A stretch of 64,000 nt of DNA from Blepharisma stoltei ATCC 30299 (GCA_965603825.1 CBFDEM010000010.1:372001-436000); one strand, 5' to 3'; numbered from the stretch's first letter, positions 47,567 through 61,593 are shown. Made by a program: numbers and translations. The notes: a model not told the origin generated them from the sequence alone.

Positions 47567-48598
47567 TTAAAGAACTGCTCCGGGGCGCCTTCCTCTTACA
47601 TTATGGCATTGGCATTCTTGCTCAGGCTTCATGCATGCTGTACAATAGCTTTGCCCGCACCTACATTTGTAATTTTGATTTAAATTTTCCACCTTGTTCA
47701 TGGCATTACAATTTTTGCATTTCAAACTTACATATGCTGGCGGGGCATTAATAGCTGGCTTATTCCCTGGATCAGTCCTTATACAAGCGCAAACATCAAG
47801 CAATCTTTTGCAGACTCCACAAATTTTTTTCCTGCAGGATGGACATATAAATTCTTCTTGATTTTGGGGTTTTTCGAACTTTTCTTTACATTGGCCATTT
47901 GGACAAGTCATTAACTCTCCTTCTATTAATTTCATTACACCGTTTTCTTCGTATTTCTCTAAGTCTTCTCTTGATAAAAGCATAGTCAAATCATTCATGC
48001 TGATATCTTTTTTACAGCTGCTGTTTGGACATTTAATCTCAGTTATTCCATTTAATACTTGCATGTGAAAGTAATCTTCAATACAGGCTTTATGAAACAT
48101 ATGTGGACAGTTTTCCAAAACGGAGCATTCGTTGTATGACATATCATTTGTGCATAAAGAGCACTCCAAAGCAGATTGATTTCTTATTAAATCAGTTTCA
48201 GGAACTGAATCAAGTGCTCTCATCATATCAAGAAGATCCAAAGCTTCTTTTTCTACACTTTTGTATTGAGCTTCAGCTTGTTCTTGTACGCTTCTCTTGG
48301 TTTCTTGATTTTTTCTTTTAGGGAAAGGAATATCTGACGTAAGAAAGCTGTTAAAGATTTTCATTGCGGTTTCGACTTCTCCAATATATAAATTTTCTTC
48401 TATTCTCTCGCGCAAATCTAAAGAGATTTCGTGCGTTTCTGATTTTTGGTAAAGGATTCTAAGAAAATTGAAAATTTCAGATAGAGAAAGGCTAGCTTTA
48501 TTGTGAACTATCCCCGCAAGGTAAATTGCTTGTGGAGGTAGCCCTTTGGAAAATCCTATAACAGCTTTAAGGTCATTTCGGCAGTCACCAGTAAGCAT
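47567..48598 (-). CDS. RBR-type (RING-IBR) E3 ubiquitin ligase-like protein
   Basis: CSLC..CPHMFHKACI..IKCPNSSC; CPNGQC..CPSCRKKICGVC; CRCGQSYCTAC. Confidence 0.82.
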   Translation of the reverse strand: MLTGDCRNDLKAVIGFSKGLPPQAIYLAGIVHNKASLSLSEIFNFLRILYQKSETHEISLDLRERIEENLYIGEVETAMKIFNSFLTSDIPFPKRKNQETKRSVQEQAEAQYKSVEKEALDLLDMMRALDSVPETDLIRNQSALECSLCTNDMSYNECSVLENCPHMFHKACIEDYFHMQVLNGITEIKCPNSSCKKDISMNDLTMLLSREDLEKYEENGVMKLIEGELMTCPNGQCKEKFEKPQNQEEFICPSCRKKICGVCKRLLDVCACIRTDPGNKPAINAPPAYVSLKCKNCNAMNKVENLNQNYKCRCGQSYCTACMKPEQECQCHNVRGRRPGAVL

Positions 48599-48721
48599 TG
48601 GGTTATAAAAATCCAATATTAATAAAATAAAAATGACTAGCTTTTCTGAGTAAACACATAAAGAAACTTAATATATTTAGAAAGGATTTACAATTATATG
48701 TATTTTTAAGCGTCTGCCTAT

Positions 48722-51700
48722 TTAACCTTCAGCCTCTTTCCAATCTTCAAGCTTCTGCTTCATAGTAGCTATATTATTTTCTAATCCTTCAAGCACAAAA
48801 TCAATACTAGGCTGAACCAGCAAATTCAAGCACTTCCAAACAGGCACCACAACATAATTCAAAAAGCCGATTTCATTTGAATAATAAACTTGAGGCCTAT
48901 CCAAATCTTTCATAAAAACACTTAAAGGCAGGCCATTTCTTTCTTCATCAGCATATTGGTCCGAAAATTCTTGACAAACCAGCATTGATCACATTTCATA
49001 AATCCTAAATGGCTTGGTCGGGTGAGCTAAATCAGCACAATGCAAAATTAATTGCCCTAATTTTTCTTTATCTTTCGCCACTTTTCCTATAGGATTTATT
49101 AATAAATCATTAAATCTCGCAGTCATATTTGAAATCATAGAAATGTGTTTTGACATATCAGTTCCTAATATTGCCATAATTATCATTTTTCTAATATTCA
49201 TATAATTTTCTCTTGATACTGCTTTTAGTATATTATTTTTGTCATCTTGAAGCGTTTGGAATGCAACAGCTGCATGATGCTGTTCTAATACACTTTTATC
49301 ATGATATAATATAGAAAACTCTGATCTGGAATTTACTTCATACATATTCGTTCTTCCTGTGTGGTCTAAATCATGGCAAATTCCTGCAACTAGTAGAGCG
49401 AGGATGTCGTTTACTTCAAAATAGCCTCCTGCAGGGGTTATAGAAAGCAGCATATAACTGGCATGCATGACATTAAAACAATGATAAAAATTATGAAAAG
49501 GGTTTTTCCTTTGCTCGCATATATTTTTGAGACTAGAAATGAAGCTAAATAGAGTGTTTTCTTCAATCTTAAAGGTAGCTATTAAACTGAAATCATGAAA
49601 CATCGTATAAATCCAGTTAAACTCGTTATCTACTTGAAAAGCGTTCAGATTCCAATTGCGCAGGACTTCTAAAGGTACTATTTTGTCTTGTGTAGGCATT
49701 GTAAACGTAAATTCATGCAGTGGGGAACTGTCTTTTTCAAACTGATCAGCTGTGGTCATATTCAGAATCGATCGCAGTTTATCATTTAAATTTGGAGCCT
49801 TTGGCTTGGTAAGTCCACCTGCTTTTAGTCTTCCTATGATTTCTTGGATTTGTTCACTGATATGCTCATTCCCTACATTTGAAGATATAAAATTCAGCTC
49901 ACTGATGCAAACTTGAAGCTGAGTTTCAGTATTAAACGGAACAGCCATAGACCTTAAATGGTTTTGAACTTCTTTGAACTCAGACTGAAGCGCTTCTAAA
50001 GCACTTGCATCTTCTAATATCACAACAACTCCAGTCAAATAGTCTGTGTTAGAGCTTTGTAGCTGCATAATTCTATAATTAAAAGTTTTATTTGCGTTTT
50101 TCCCATCAATTTCTGTTTGGAACGACGAAATTTTTCTGCCTGCTTTTTTTATTTTTTGTGATGTTTTTCTTATTTTTTGCTCAGGATTATGCATGACAGT
50201 CCCAATATCCTCTATCAGCTGCCTATTTCCATGCAGCCAAGCAAAGTATGATAATTTAGCAACTTCTCCTTCAGAAACACCAAATATCGGCTCAATTGGC
50301 TTATTAGTATAATAAAGCTTCTCTTCATTATTGATTACTAATATATAATCAGCTATAGAATTTGATATTTCTAATAAAGTCGATTTTTCTTCAATTATTT
50401 TCCTTATAAGTTCCCCATTCTGTATAAAAGCGATCATAATTTCTGCAAAATCTTCTAATGCAGGGATTTCTTTTTCTGTAAAAAAGCCATTTCGCTTGTT
50501 TATCAGCTGAAGAACCCCAATGACTTTACCATATGAGTCAACCAATGGCATACACATCATATTAGAAGTTTTATACCCTGATAGCTTGTCAATTTTAGGG
50601 TCGAACCGTTTATCAGAATACACAGACTCAATTATTTCGGTCTTTCGATTCAAAGCTACAAATCCAGCTATTCCTTGGCCGATTTCGAGTGAGTGTCCTT
50701 CAGGGGCTTCATGTTCTAGTCCTTGAGGCCTTATTGTTAATTTAGATCCTTTAAGTGAATAAATTACTGATAGCTCGCAGTCAAATAAATGCTGAGCAGC
50801 TGTCCTAATAGTAATCAAAGTTGAGTTATTTTTATAGTTAGCTGCAGCTTGGCAAATAGTTTGTGTTAGCTGCTTTAAAGATTCGCTTGAAGGTGTTGGG
50901 TTGTCTTTTATAGGATTTGCTAATGATTTTACAAACTCTAATAAAAATTGTTCATCTTGTGAGGTAAAATCTATATATGATCTTAATGTTGCATCTTTTT
51001 TATTGATAACTCTAAGCATTGCTATACATTCTGCGTTAAAAAATATTGGGACATAAATAATTGAATAAGAATTCGAATTTGGCTGTGAAGTCACTGTAAT
51101 CCCATCTTTGAAGATTTTATTATAAAAAGAAATTTCTTGATCTGCATATTGAGTTGCAACAAAAATCTGCTCTTTCGAAAACTCATAATATCCATCATAG
51201 TCTTTATAAATAATCGTACATTTCTCTGCATTAGTTACTGCATTAATCACATCAAAGGCTGTTTGCAATAGATTTTCAAATTTTTCTTGTGTGACAACCT
51301 TAAAAGCTACTTCCTTACAAAACGCCAATTTTTGAAAAGTGCTGTTAGATACTGAATAAATTTGCTTATATCACTGCTTAAACATAGTCATTTTCCTATA
51401 GTCTTCAACAACGCTTTTTCAGTTATTAGAATCTTTGTCAGTGCACAGAGAAATTTCTCATAAAATAAAAGCTAATGATTTTATGCTTGATATTTCCTCT
51501 TCTGATAATTCATGGTCGAAATTGACAAAAATGATGACTCCTAGAATATTCCCAGAAATATGCATGACTGGGACAAGTAAAATTGAGTCTACTGGGGAAG
51601 TGCTGTGAAAAGCATCAATATCAAGAGAAAAATCAAGGTTTAAAAAAGCTTTGGAAGGGATGTAAATTGTGTTGCGATCGTCTATGCATTTTTTAACGAG

Positions 51701-53815
51701 CCCTTTTGGGGGTAAAGGGAATTTTCTGTAAAAATCTAATATTTGATTTCTAAAATTATCATACAAATAAAGTGATGATTTTTTACAATTAACAATTTTT
51801 GAAAGACTCTCTGTAAAATCTTTAAGAGGCTCTTCTGAATATTGTATTGAAAAAAGGCTGCTTTTTAATCCTTCTAGTTTCTCAAATGGCATGCTAATAA
51901 CTGTTGTGATGTTTTTGACAAATCGTTCTTTTTTACTATTTTTTGATCTAAGCTCTATCATATCAAAAGATTCCAATCTTCCTCTAGATAGTGGAATTGA
52001 TCCTGAGCGATGAAAATTTCCTCTGATTTTTAATTTTGATTCCTCAAAAAAGGTAGGAGGACTTTTCATTAAAATATCAGCAGATTTTGGCTCAGTAACT
52101 ATATATGGTCAATCAGGCAGGAATTGCATAAATAAAGAATCAAAAATCCTACCTAACCCCATAGTGAATTTTTCAAGCATCCAAATCTCATCTTTAGAAA
52201 ACGGAGGAGACTCCCTTGTAATAAGAATCACTCCTGTAACTGGATCTTTTAATTTTTCTCCCAGAATTGCAGTGCATAATACATCTTTGTCTTTATAAAT
52301 ATCAATATCTCCTAAATCATCAAATTCTTCATTAGGAAGATGCACAGTGCTTCTCAAATCATATGCATTTCATAATAAAGTTTCTTGAGACCTCGGCACC
52401 ACAGTGATATCAGAAAACTCCGAAGTGGTTCACAGGCTTTTTTCATGCTGATCTGCAATATAAACACTACATGAATCCACTTGTATTATTTTGCAGATTT
52501 TTCGCTTAATTTCTCTGATCATTTCTCCGTAATCAAATAACTTTCCAGACTTTTTTAAGGTATAGTGATAGAAGCTGTTAATAATTCCTTTAACTTCTTC
52601 AGATGTTATTGAGTTTTCAATGAATTTAGTCTTATCGACGAAGTTTTGTATAGAAATATTGCCAAGCATCTTGCAGATTTCTTCACCAAGCAACTCGTCT
52701 ATTTTTTTGAATTCTTGGATTTCTCTGAAGAAAAATAAGGCACCAATTTTTTCATTTTGAGGAGATTTTATTGGACAAATTAAGCAGTTTTTATATAAGG
52801 AGGAAACTGTTTTGGAACATAGAGGCTCACTTTGTAAATCACGGATGTTTATGATTTCATTATAAGAGATCACTCGATATTCAGAGAATTTTTCGACTGC
52901 TTCTAAATCTAGTTTTTCGCCTGCAGATATAAAAGTATGAAGGCTTCCATGGTTGTTTAGCAGGAGTACTGTAGATACGCTGTCCATAATATCATTCATA
53001 ACCTTTATTATGCTGCAATTTACAGTAGGATTTGCTTCTAAAATATATTGGATTTCAGTTAATAATCTTTTTCTTCTAGTAATGTGATTCACAGTTTTGA
53101 AAAGATCAATTTGGTCTGACAGAAAGCTGGCGCTTTGTGAATAATCGAATTTCACATCAAAATATTTATTCCTAGAATGCAAAATTTCCCCAAAAAGTCT
53201 TCCAATACTTTGAACAGTATTGACATCCTCATTTGTAAACATATTAGCTGAGTTCGTTCTTTCCTGCTTGTTAAACAGCTGCACCACGCCATACAGTTTC
53301 TGATCAATGTCCTAAATATTAATTACAAATAATGGAATGCATGCAGTCGATGTAGGCTTGGTAGCTGTTTTTGTAAGTGTTGAATAAGCAGACAATTTAA
53401 TAGAAAATTGTGCATAAAATACTGATGTGTGTGAATTGGTTATAAGTATCGGCTCTTGCTTGGACGCAGTCAATCCTGGTAAAGATGTTGTTTCATCAAT
53501 TATTAATGTTTGTATTGATTGTTTTCTTCCGCATACCCGGAGTGCATTGTCCTCAAGTAATAACAATTCAACTCAATTAGAATGAGTGAAGGATTTAATT
53601 AAATTTACAAATGTGTCTTGGATGCTTTCAATTGAGGCTTTTTCTGGATCAATTATTTGTGACAGCTTTTCGAATAAACTCGTCGACAGTAAATTTTCTT
53701 CTTCCTTTATTGAAACATGTCGAGGAGTGTAAAGAGTGGTTGATCGAGCCCCACAAAAAAATTCTGATTTCCTTCTTGTATTTTTTCTGGTAGAACTTCG
53801 GGTGAATTGCTCCAT
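48722..53815 (-). CDS. Class I cyclic-nucleotide phosphodiesterase with multiple GAF domains and a PAS-like domain (~1690 aa); 1 intron
   Basis: Seven ORFs in one frame joined by TGA=Trp and intron 53312-53326; FHNFYH, CHDLDH, LEQHH, GTDMSKH and HCADL; GAF GIAGFVA..DKRFDPKID..LQLINK. Confidence 0.9.
53312..53326 (-). other. 15-nt intron GTAATTAATATTTAG
   Basis: Restores the GAF strand CIPLF/DIDQKLYGVVQLFNK. Confidence 0.88.
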
Positions 53816-54292
53816 TATTTGATGATATAATATTTTAAATTTCAGCCTTTTATGATCTAAATATGTCACAGAATTAAACTATCTTTAAATTTAATAGCGA
53901 ATAAAAAAATCTAAATAGTGAGGTAAATCAGCAATAATAAGCACTTTCTCAAAATAATGATGAGGTGCAATACGAAATTAAAAAAAAGGATGGAAATTAT
54001 TACTGAGAATTATGACTTTTTTAGGAATGTCATAATTAATCCTATAAGAATTTATGGAAATAATGAGCTTTTGCTAATTTAAAAATACGCCATTTAGATT
54101 ATTATTTTAGCGTATAATTGCATTATATATGCATGAAAGTGAGCAATCAGTATAAATATATTAAAAATTAATTAAACAGCCTATTTAATCAAGATATAAA
54201 TTAGTAACCTCATATAATATAAATTGTTAATACTTATATAAAATATCTATTTATGTTATGTATAGAAAGTGATTCACTGCAAATTATTATTT

Positions 54293-55924
54293 TTAATCTG
54301 TTTTATCTTTTTCTGGCAAATCATCCAGATAATGTCTGTTTGGATCAACTCTATAACTCCATTTTTGATATAAGTAAATCACAAATATAATATCATCTCT
54401 AAAGCAAGCTAATCTGTGCATTATTGGCATAGCTATTATAAACGCAAACATATCATCAATAAACGTATTCAGCGCTTTATAAGTAAGAACTTTCCAAGGC
54501 ATATGGGCAACAGACTTCAGCTTATAATTAATATAAAGCTGAGGTGTCATCATAATAAACCCAGCCGTATATATAAAAGTCGCCAAAGTCCCTATAAACC
54601 AAGACCACCAACTTTTATATTCATAAGCATACAATGAATAAATGCTAAATATCAGTATTAAAGGCATCAAAATATACGACAAATACTTTGCAGCGACATT
54701 ATCAAGCAGATCGGTTCCGCCTTCTTTGTGTGCTTCTTTTCCTTTAACTGACAGAAAAGGAAAAGTATTTTTTATAGAAATATCAAACCCTTTTGTAAGC
54801 TTTCATAGCTCAATAACAATCCCAACTGTCATAGGTAGCCAAACAGCCCATGAGGTTTCTCCAGTGTCTAAAAGATACAGTAAAATGATAATACTTGAGA
54901 CAAAATTATAAAGCAGCATATTTGTAGAGAGCCCTTTTAAGTTTTGGCGACCTTTCCAAAACTCAATTTCACTTTTAAATGCCATGAACTCAAAAATCAT
55001 GTGTACAAATGACACAACTAAGGTGAGTCCAAGAAAGTATGGGTTGGTTTCTAGAAACATACGCTTCATTAAGTCGTATTCATGCTCGCTCTGAAGGCCA
55101 TAAGTGCTTCCGATTGTTTGACTAAGCTCAAACTGCTTCATCATGAAATATTTGTAAACCCAGTAGGAGTCGTATGTAAGTTTTAATTTTACTTCTGAAA
55201 GAGTTGAGTTTAGAGGGATCAATTTGTCTTTGAGAACCCAAAAATCAGAAAGAAGAATTATTGGATAGTAATGGGTGTTTTGGTAAATTTGGATTACATC
55301 AGCTATTTGGGGTGGGAAATCAGAATAAACATTGACGTCGTGAACAGCATGAATTTCTATTTCAGGGATAAAGTGCATAGCTTTTTTTTCGTCTTCAGCA
55401 CTTTTTACCACTGGTTCTCCACTCATTAGATTTACTGTTGTTTCTTTTGCAAAAGTCACGTATTTTGTTAATTTTTTCTTAGCAGAATATAAAACCGGAT
55501 TTTGAAATCTTGATGTATGTAAAATAAACTCTGCATTTAAACTTGCTGTCCCATTTGTTTGTAGATAAGATGTTAATGGGATTGATACATCAAGCTCTCT
55601 ATGGTTTTCTGGTGCGAAATCATATGTCAGCCCATACTGTTCCCAAATCAATTCTGGATTAGAACCAGGCTCATCAGAAGAAAAAAATATCTTAAAGTCT
55701 ATTTTGTCCCCATCTTGAAGTATATTTGGATATGTTATTTTTGGAGGTTTAGGCAAAGAGCTCGATGATTTTGATGTTGACGATGAAGTAAAAAACATCT
55801 CTGCTAATTTAGAAAAAACAAAGTAAAGTATCACAAAGTTTAATATTGTAGACAAAAAACCTCTCCCGCCTGCTTGATTACCTTCTTGTGGAGCTTGCTG
55901 AGCTGGCTGATTCCCTGGCTGCAT
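54293..55924 (-). CDS. CLPTM1: CLPTM1 family membrane protein (lipid scramblase-like)
   Basis: FLETNPY, IELW(TGA)K, FIMMTPQLYINYKLKSVAHMPW, LNTFIDD and HRLACFRDD. Confidence 0.93.
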
Positions 55925-56227
55925 ATTTATCTAATTAAAATGGAAGCTTGCTTTTCATCCTCATGAGAAATTAAATTAATTTAAGCATTTATGTAAGTGA
56001 TGATTTACGCTCAAAATAGAAGTAAATAGAAAAATAGTATGATATTTGTGTAGAAAAGTAATCCTTTGAAGAGATTTATTTCAGAAATAAATTTAAAACA
56101 TTTTGACTTTATGTATTTATTATTTTACTTATTCAAAATTTAAGCTTGAAATTTCTTATTATTAAATCTAGCTTTACTACACTGGACTTATCAATTACTT
56201 AATAAGCTAATTATCGTAAATTTTAAA

Positions 56228-56962
56228 ATGGAAGTTAGCGAATACTCTCTAAACTCACTAGTCAATAAAAGATTCGAAGAATTTCTACAAGAATCACACG
56301 ATGAAATGCACCAATTTTTTGAAGCCCACAGAGCAGCTAATGTAGAGGTATTCACTAACGAAAAAAAAGTGCTCCAAGAAAAAATCGAATCTCAAATAAA
56401 TGAAATTAACCAACTCAAAGCTACTATTAACCATTATAAAGCAGAAAAATCAAAATCCAAGTTTCATGCATATCTTGTATGTAAAAATGTGAATGGAAAA
56501 AGAGTAAAGAAAAAGGTTATGGACTCATGAAAAGACTTTTTAGTTGATAGTTTAAAGAAGAAAAAGATGAATGAATATTTAGCCACTTTTTATAAGCGTG
56601 GGCTGCTTAAAAGATCGTGCAGAGGCTGAAAAAATGAGCTGCAAGTAAATCAGCGGAAAAATATAGATCAAGCCACTGAAAGAAAAATTAGAGAAGCTGT
56701 AGAGAAAGCTGTTAAGGAAAGGAACCAAGAGCTAGAAATTTTAAGGAAAATGGTTACTGAAATATCTGATGATCTGAAAAATGAAAATCTGGCAAAAAAT
56801 CATCTTCAGTACCAATGTGATCAAGCACTATTAAGAAGCATGTCTGCATTGCATCTTGAAAATATGACAATAAGGCAAGTAAGTATCGAGAATAATAAAG
56901 CTTTAACACAAACTAGCAGAAATTTATTGTTTACACCAGATAAAGCAGCAGTTTTTAGATAA
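56228..56962 (+). CDS. Coiled-coil protein, POC5-like centrin-binding candidate
   Basis: Two TGA=Trp in Sfi1-like contexts (KKVMDSWK, KRSCRGWK); QALLRSMSALHLENM resembles the POC5 conserved box. Confidence 0.62.
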
Positions 56963-57268
56963 ATGCTTATTAGTTAACTATTTAAATAGAGTTATATTTT
57001 AATTTACTTCTTTAAAATCATAAGTTACTGCTTATGACTAATTTTTTATTGAATTAATTTTGAAGTATTTTATTACTGTCCACAAATATGGGGTTTCCTT
57101 TTTAGTTAAAACAGTTCTGAGTCAAATAAGAATAAATTTTCGAAAAAAGCAATAATATTTTATTATTTAGCTTCTCTGTAAAAAATTAACTTTTGAAAAC
57201 TAAATTCTTTTATTAATAAGCAAATAAAAGTAATATAATGGCAGAATTTATAATAGATTTACAGTGCA

Positions 57269-58018
57269 ATGTCAGAGGCTAACAAAAAAATTAAGAGAAA
57301 TTCTTTAATTTATCCTTTATTTCCCATAGCATCCCCATCACCACAAAAGCTTATCAGCCCAAAATCTTTAAAAAAACTGATAAAACCGCTTCATAAGCGA
57401 GCACAATCAGATATAGTCAATCCCTATCTAGACCATCGAGATCTTATTAACTTAAAAGCTTCCACAAAACTATCACGACAAAATATCCAGGAAACCAAAA
57501 ATTCGCCACAAATCCCAAAAAAATCAAAATTATCCTCAATTATTCAACCAAAAATTATTTCAAAGCCCAACTTAATTATAAAAAAATCTGAAAAAATGCC
57601 TAACCCTGATATTATGCTGACTGAGCTACAAGGTGAACCTGTATTTAAAGCCCCAAAGCGGTTTTCTAACCAATTTTTTACTGATGTTTATGACATTGAT
57701 GGAAATCACGACAGAATTGAAGTAGAAGACTCTATGGAGTTATTCAGTGAGCTTGAATCAAATAAAATTATGCTAGATCCCTGCACAACTTTTTATATTT
57801 CTGATCTTGAAAAGGAAGCATCGCCTACAAAAAAATCAATAAAAGTGCAAGATAGCAGTTACATAGAAAAATCAAGAGAAATCCCTGATGATTCAGTAAA
57901 AAAACTTTCAGTTGGACAAGAATTCTTTTGCAAACTTAATAAAATGCTGAATGAGCAGGACCAAGATTATCAAAGTGAAGAAACAACCAGCATAAGTGGT
58001 GGAAAATCAAGGGTGTAG
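57269..58018 (+). CDS. Hypothetical protein
   Basis: 249-codon ORF with ATG and TAG. Confidence 0.6.
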   Translation: MSEANKKIKRNSLIYPLFPIASPSPQKLISPKSLKKLIKPLHKRAQSDIVNPYLDHRDLINLKASTKLSRQNIQETKNSPQIPKKSKLSSIIQPKIISKPNLIIKKSEKMPNPDIMLTELQGEPVFKAPKRFSNQFFTDVYDIDGNHDRIEVEDSMELFSELESNKIMLDPCTTFYISDLEKEASPTKKSIKVQDSSYIEKSREIPDDSVKKLSVGQEFFCKLNKMLNEQDQDYQSEETTSISGGKSRV

Positions 58019-58135
58019 CATAAAATATTAATTAATTAATATTTTTCAATAGAATTTTGCAGAGTAAATAAATTGATTTTATTTAATAAATGATGATAAA
58101 AAATGTATAAATAACTGTAGACTTGCTTAATTATC

Positions 58136-60805
58136 TTAAAAGTCCTGATCCCAATTTTCTGGACAGTGTCTTGGACGTCTGCTTTTTCCTGGTGGGATTT
58201 CTTCTGAGTTTTCTTCTCTAGTTATGACATCGTCTAGTGGCCTATTTTGTTTAAGAGCAGATTGGATATCTCTAGACAGATCATTTACCCTTGGAATATA
58301 AGGTGGCCTAATTTCTCTTGTCAAAAGATGTTCCTATATATTTTTTACCCAATTAAATCCTTGGAACCACTGATGGTTCTTCAAATTATCAATGCTTCCT
58401 CCAGTTCTCATCGCTGGCTGTTTACTTAACAACTGCTCTATAATTGGCTTAGCTGGCATATTCCTGCTACAAAATGAAGGATAAGATAGCTTACGTTCAA
58501 GTACCTTTTCATAAATGGCGTATGGGTCGTCTAAGTCTTCTCCAAATGGTACACCTCCACATAAGAACTCATACAGCATAATCCCTACGCTCCAAAAATC
58601 AGCTGAGTGGCCGTATCCTTTTCCAATGATAATTTCAGGAGCCATATAATGAGGAGTCCCTACAATGGTATAAGTTCTTCCATGGACAATTTTCGATATA
58701 CCAAAATCAATTAGTTTAGGGTAGCCTTCGTCATCTACCATTACATTTTCTGGCTTGAGATCTCTATAAATGATGTCACGCTCATGCAAATGCTCTAAAA
58801 TCACTATTAAACAGCCTATGAAAAATTTTGACTCTTGGTCAGAAACTTCGTTCATTTGTCGGAGGACGTCGAATAGGTCCATTCCTCTTACAAATTCCAT
58901 TAAAAAGTAAATTCTTTTAGGATCTTTAAAGCTTCTCACAAGTTTCACGATCAAAGAGTGGTCGAGCTGGTTTAAAATAGCGCGCTCCAGAATTAAATTT
59001 TCTTGGATTTCATAGCGTTCAATTTTTCGTCTATCCACAGTTTTAAGTGCATACAAGCGGTTTTGCTGCTTGTGGACAACCAAAAATACGTTCCCAAACA
59101 TCCCTTTTCCTAGTACTTTTACAATAGCAAGGTCATTTAGTGTTATATTATCGTCTTGCAGCTCAATTCTCTTAATCAGCTGTGTTCTAATATTTTCGTC
59201 TATAGCTTGTAAAAAGTCTTGCTGATGTAAAATCCAGCAAGACACATTTCCTTTGGCAACAACAGTGGCTGTCCTATGGTCTCCAAACAGTACACTTCTT
59301 TCTCCAAAATAGTCGTGTTTTGTTATTGTTCTCACTCCTACCCCATCTTTTAAGACATCGACTTTTCCTGATTTTATGATAAAAAATGAATCTCCAGGGT
59401 CATTTTGACGTACAATTACAGATCCATCTTCAAATTCGACTACTCTTAAAGCTCTATGCAAGGCACTGAATCTTTCTGAAGATAGGCCTCTTAATACCTG
59501 AACCCTTCTGAGTACAGTAATAGCTTCGTTATCAGTGGCGATTTGCTCATAATGCCCACCAATACACTCTTCAAACTCACTTCTATTAATTTCAGCTATA
59601 TCTGAGTCTCCATCAGAAACAATATCTTCTATATAAAGCCCATTTTCAAACTGCGTTATTTCGACATCTCCTAAACATTGGAAAACTTCAGCGGCAGGTC
59701 TCTCACTTCTATATTTCAGCTGTCCTCTGAGGACAATTAATAGCACAGCTCCTTTATTTGTGTTTCTTGGAATGGCGACTTCATTTTTCCTTAAGGACCT
59801 GACTCTGAGAGAATTGAGAAGTTTTGCTTTCTGCTCATGGGTTAATCGGCTTAAAATTTGGCTTCCGTCCATAGCAATTCTTTTGGTATTTTGATAAATA
59901 ACCTGCTGTAGGTGGTTTCCTAAGGCTTTAGTCAGTTTTTCTCGTCCTATAGCTACACATTTTACGTCAGTTACTGCAACTATGCTGGCTGTTCTTACAC
60001 AGTTATAAAGAAGGGCTTGTTCACCGAAATAATCTCCTCTTGCCATTTGTCTGATTTCTCTGCCTTCTTGTAGACAAGAAACTAAGCCTTCTTTTATTAA
60101 AAAGAATAAATCGCCTGGGTCACCTTCGTTTACTATTCTTTCACTTGGGCGGAATTTTAGTGTAGATAAAGAACTTACTAAAGAGTCTTTTTGTGCGGTC
60201 GTTAATATATGGAATAAAGGCACACTTTCAATAAATTGTTTATTTTCTTGGTAATTTTGAGCGTTGAGACTTTCTACTGCATTTCTGAACGTCCTTCTGT
60301 CAAGTCCCCACATTGTGACCCTTTCTGCTGTTTTTATTGTTGCAGATCTTGGTGAATCGTGAAGTAAAGCGAGCTCTCCAAAGCTATCATTTGCGCTCAA
60401 AGTATTTACTTTTTTACCGTTAACATACACATCAAGTTTTCCTGATGCCACAATGAAGAAATTAATCCCAGGCTGATCTTGTTCAAACACAATTTCATTT
60501 GGTCCTAGTGTAAAATGCTTCATGTGGTCAATAAGCACAGCTCGGTTTTCATCAGTGAGGCTGGTGAAAATGAAATTTCTGTTCAAAGCGTTTGTAATCA
60601 CTTCTAAGTCCCTACCAGATTTTGGCTTATCAACCACTAATGCATTTGGAGCATCAATTGACACTCGACTAGTCAAGCGGGCATCAATAACAGGGGCTTT
60701 TTTCTTGATAGGGTTTCTTGGAGCTTCTCTTCTGATTACTGACTTCTTTTCTTCTTCAAAAGAGGACATATGGCTGGAAGCATCGAGTTTAGCCTTCATT
60801 TCCAT
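58136..60805 (-). CDS. PKG: cGMP-dependent protein kinase, alveolate type (four cNMP-binding domains, third degenerate); 1 intron
   Basis: FGELALLHDSPRSAT, FGEQALL..RTAS, FGERSVL..RTAT; GKGMFG, YRDLKPEN, DFG and GTPHYMAPE; first in-frame ATG at 60805. Confidence 0.93.
58334..58348 (-). other. 15-nt intron GTAAAAAATATATAG
   Basis: Restores the AGC tail FNW/EHLLTREIRPPYIP. Confidence 0.9.
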
Positions 60806-61593
60806 AGTTATTTTCAAATACTTTAAATGGAGTAATGCGAAGTATGAATGGCTCCATGGCTAATCTTATATAAAGATATCAAGGTTGTTGAAATTTTATA
60901 CTTCGAGAAATAATTAACATTATAAGTGAGCTATTAATTTTTACGGCAGAATGCTTTATTCTGGCTGAAATTAAATTTAAAAAATAGACCAGATTATTGG
61001 AGAATAAATTTTAATACAAAACTAACATAGAATGCAAGCAATTTTGCTCCTTTTATAAGCAATTTTTTGATTTTTAAAGTGAAAATAATTAGATCAAATT
61101 TGATGCTTATAATAAAAATAATTATATTTGCCATCTAATCTGTTGAGATAAGCCAGTATTAATTATTCTAAAATTATTTAATATGAAGATAATCAGAAAT
61201 GAAAATATTAAAAGCAACTTCTCATCAAAAATAAATTATAACTTATCAACATTTTATTTGAATCAGAAAATGATGGATAAATTTGAAATTAAAATCTGTT
61301 TTCATGTCTATTACATATATCATTACTTTTAATTTATTTTTACTAGTTAATTCAGCTATATCATTTCTTAAAGACCATAAAAAATCTTTAAAGCCTCATT
61401 CCATTTACAGTCGTCCTTATATATCTTTCCAAAAACAGCCTATTTCTCTATTTATAAAGAATGTTTTTGCAAAACTAAATCATTTCTATTTATTTTTAAA
61501 ATATAACAGCTCTTGCTATTAAGCCAGCAAGATTATTTATCCTTATAGAAAATCTTCATAATTTCCAGCTTTACAAATTCATATAATATTTAA

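Noticed and set aside
58022-58045. 24-nt perfect palindrome aaaatattaattaattaatatttt between convergent genes
   Set aside because: A/T-only, low complexity; expected in such intergenic DNA
48722-60805. PDE, PKG and the GAF protein as a functional cGMP gene cluster
   Set aside because: These families are greatly expanded in ciliates and unrelated genes intervene, so proximity is probably chance
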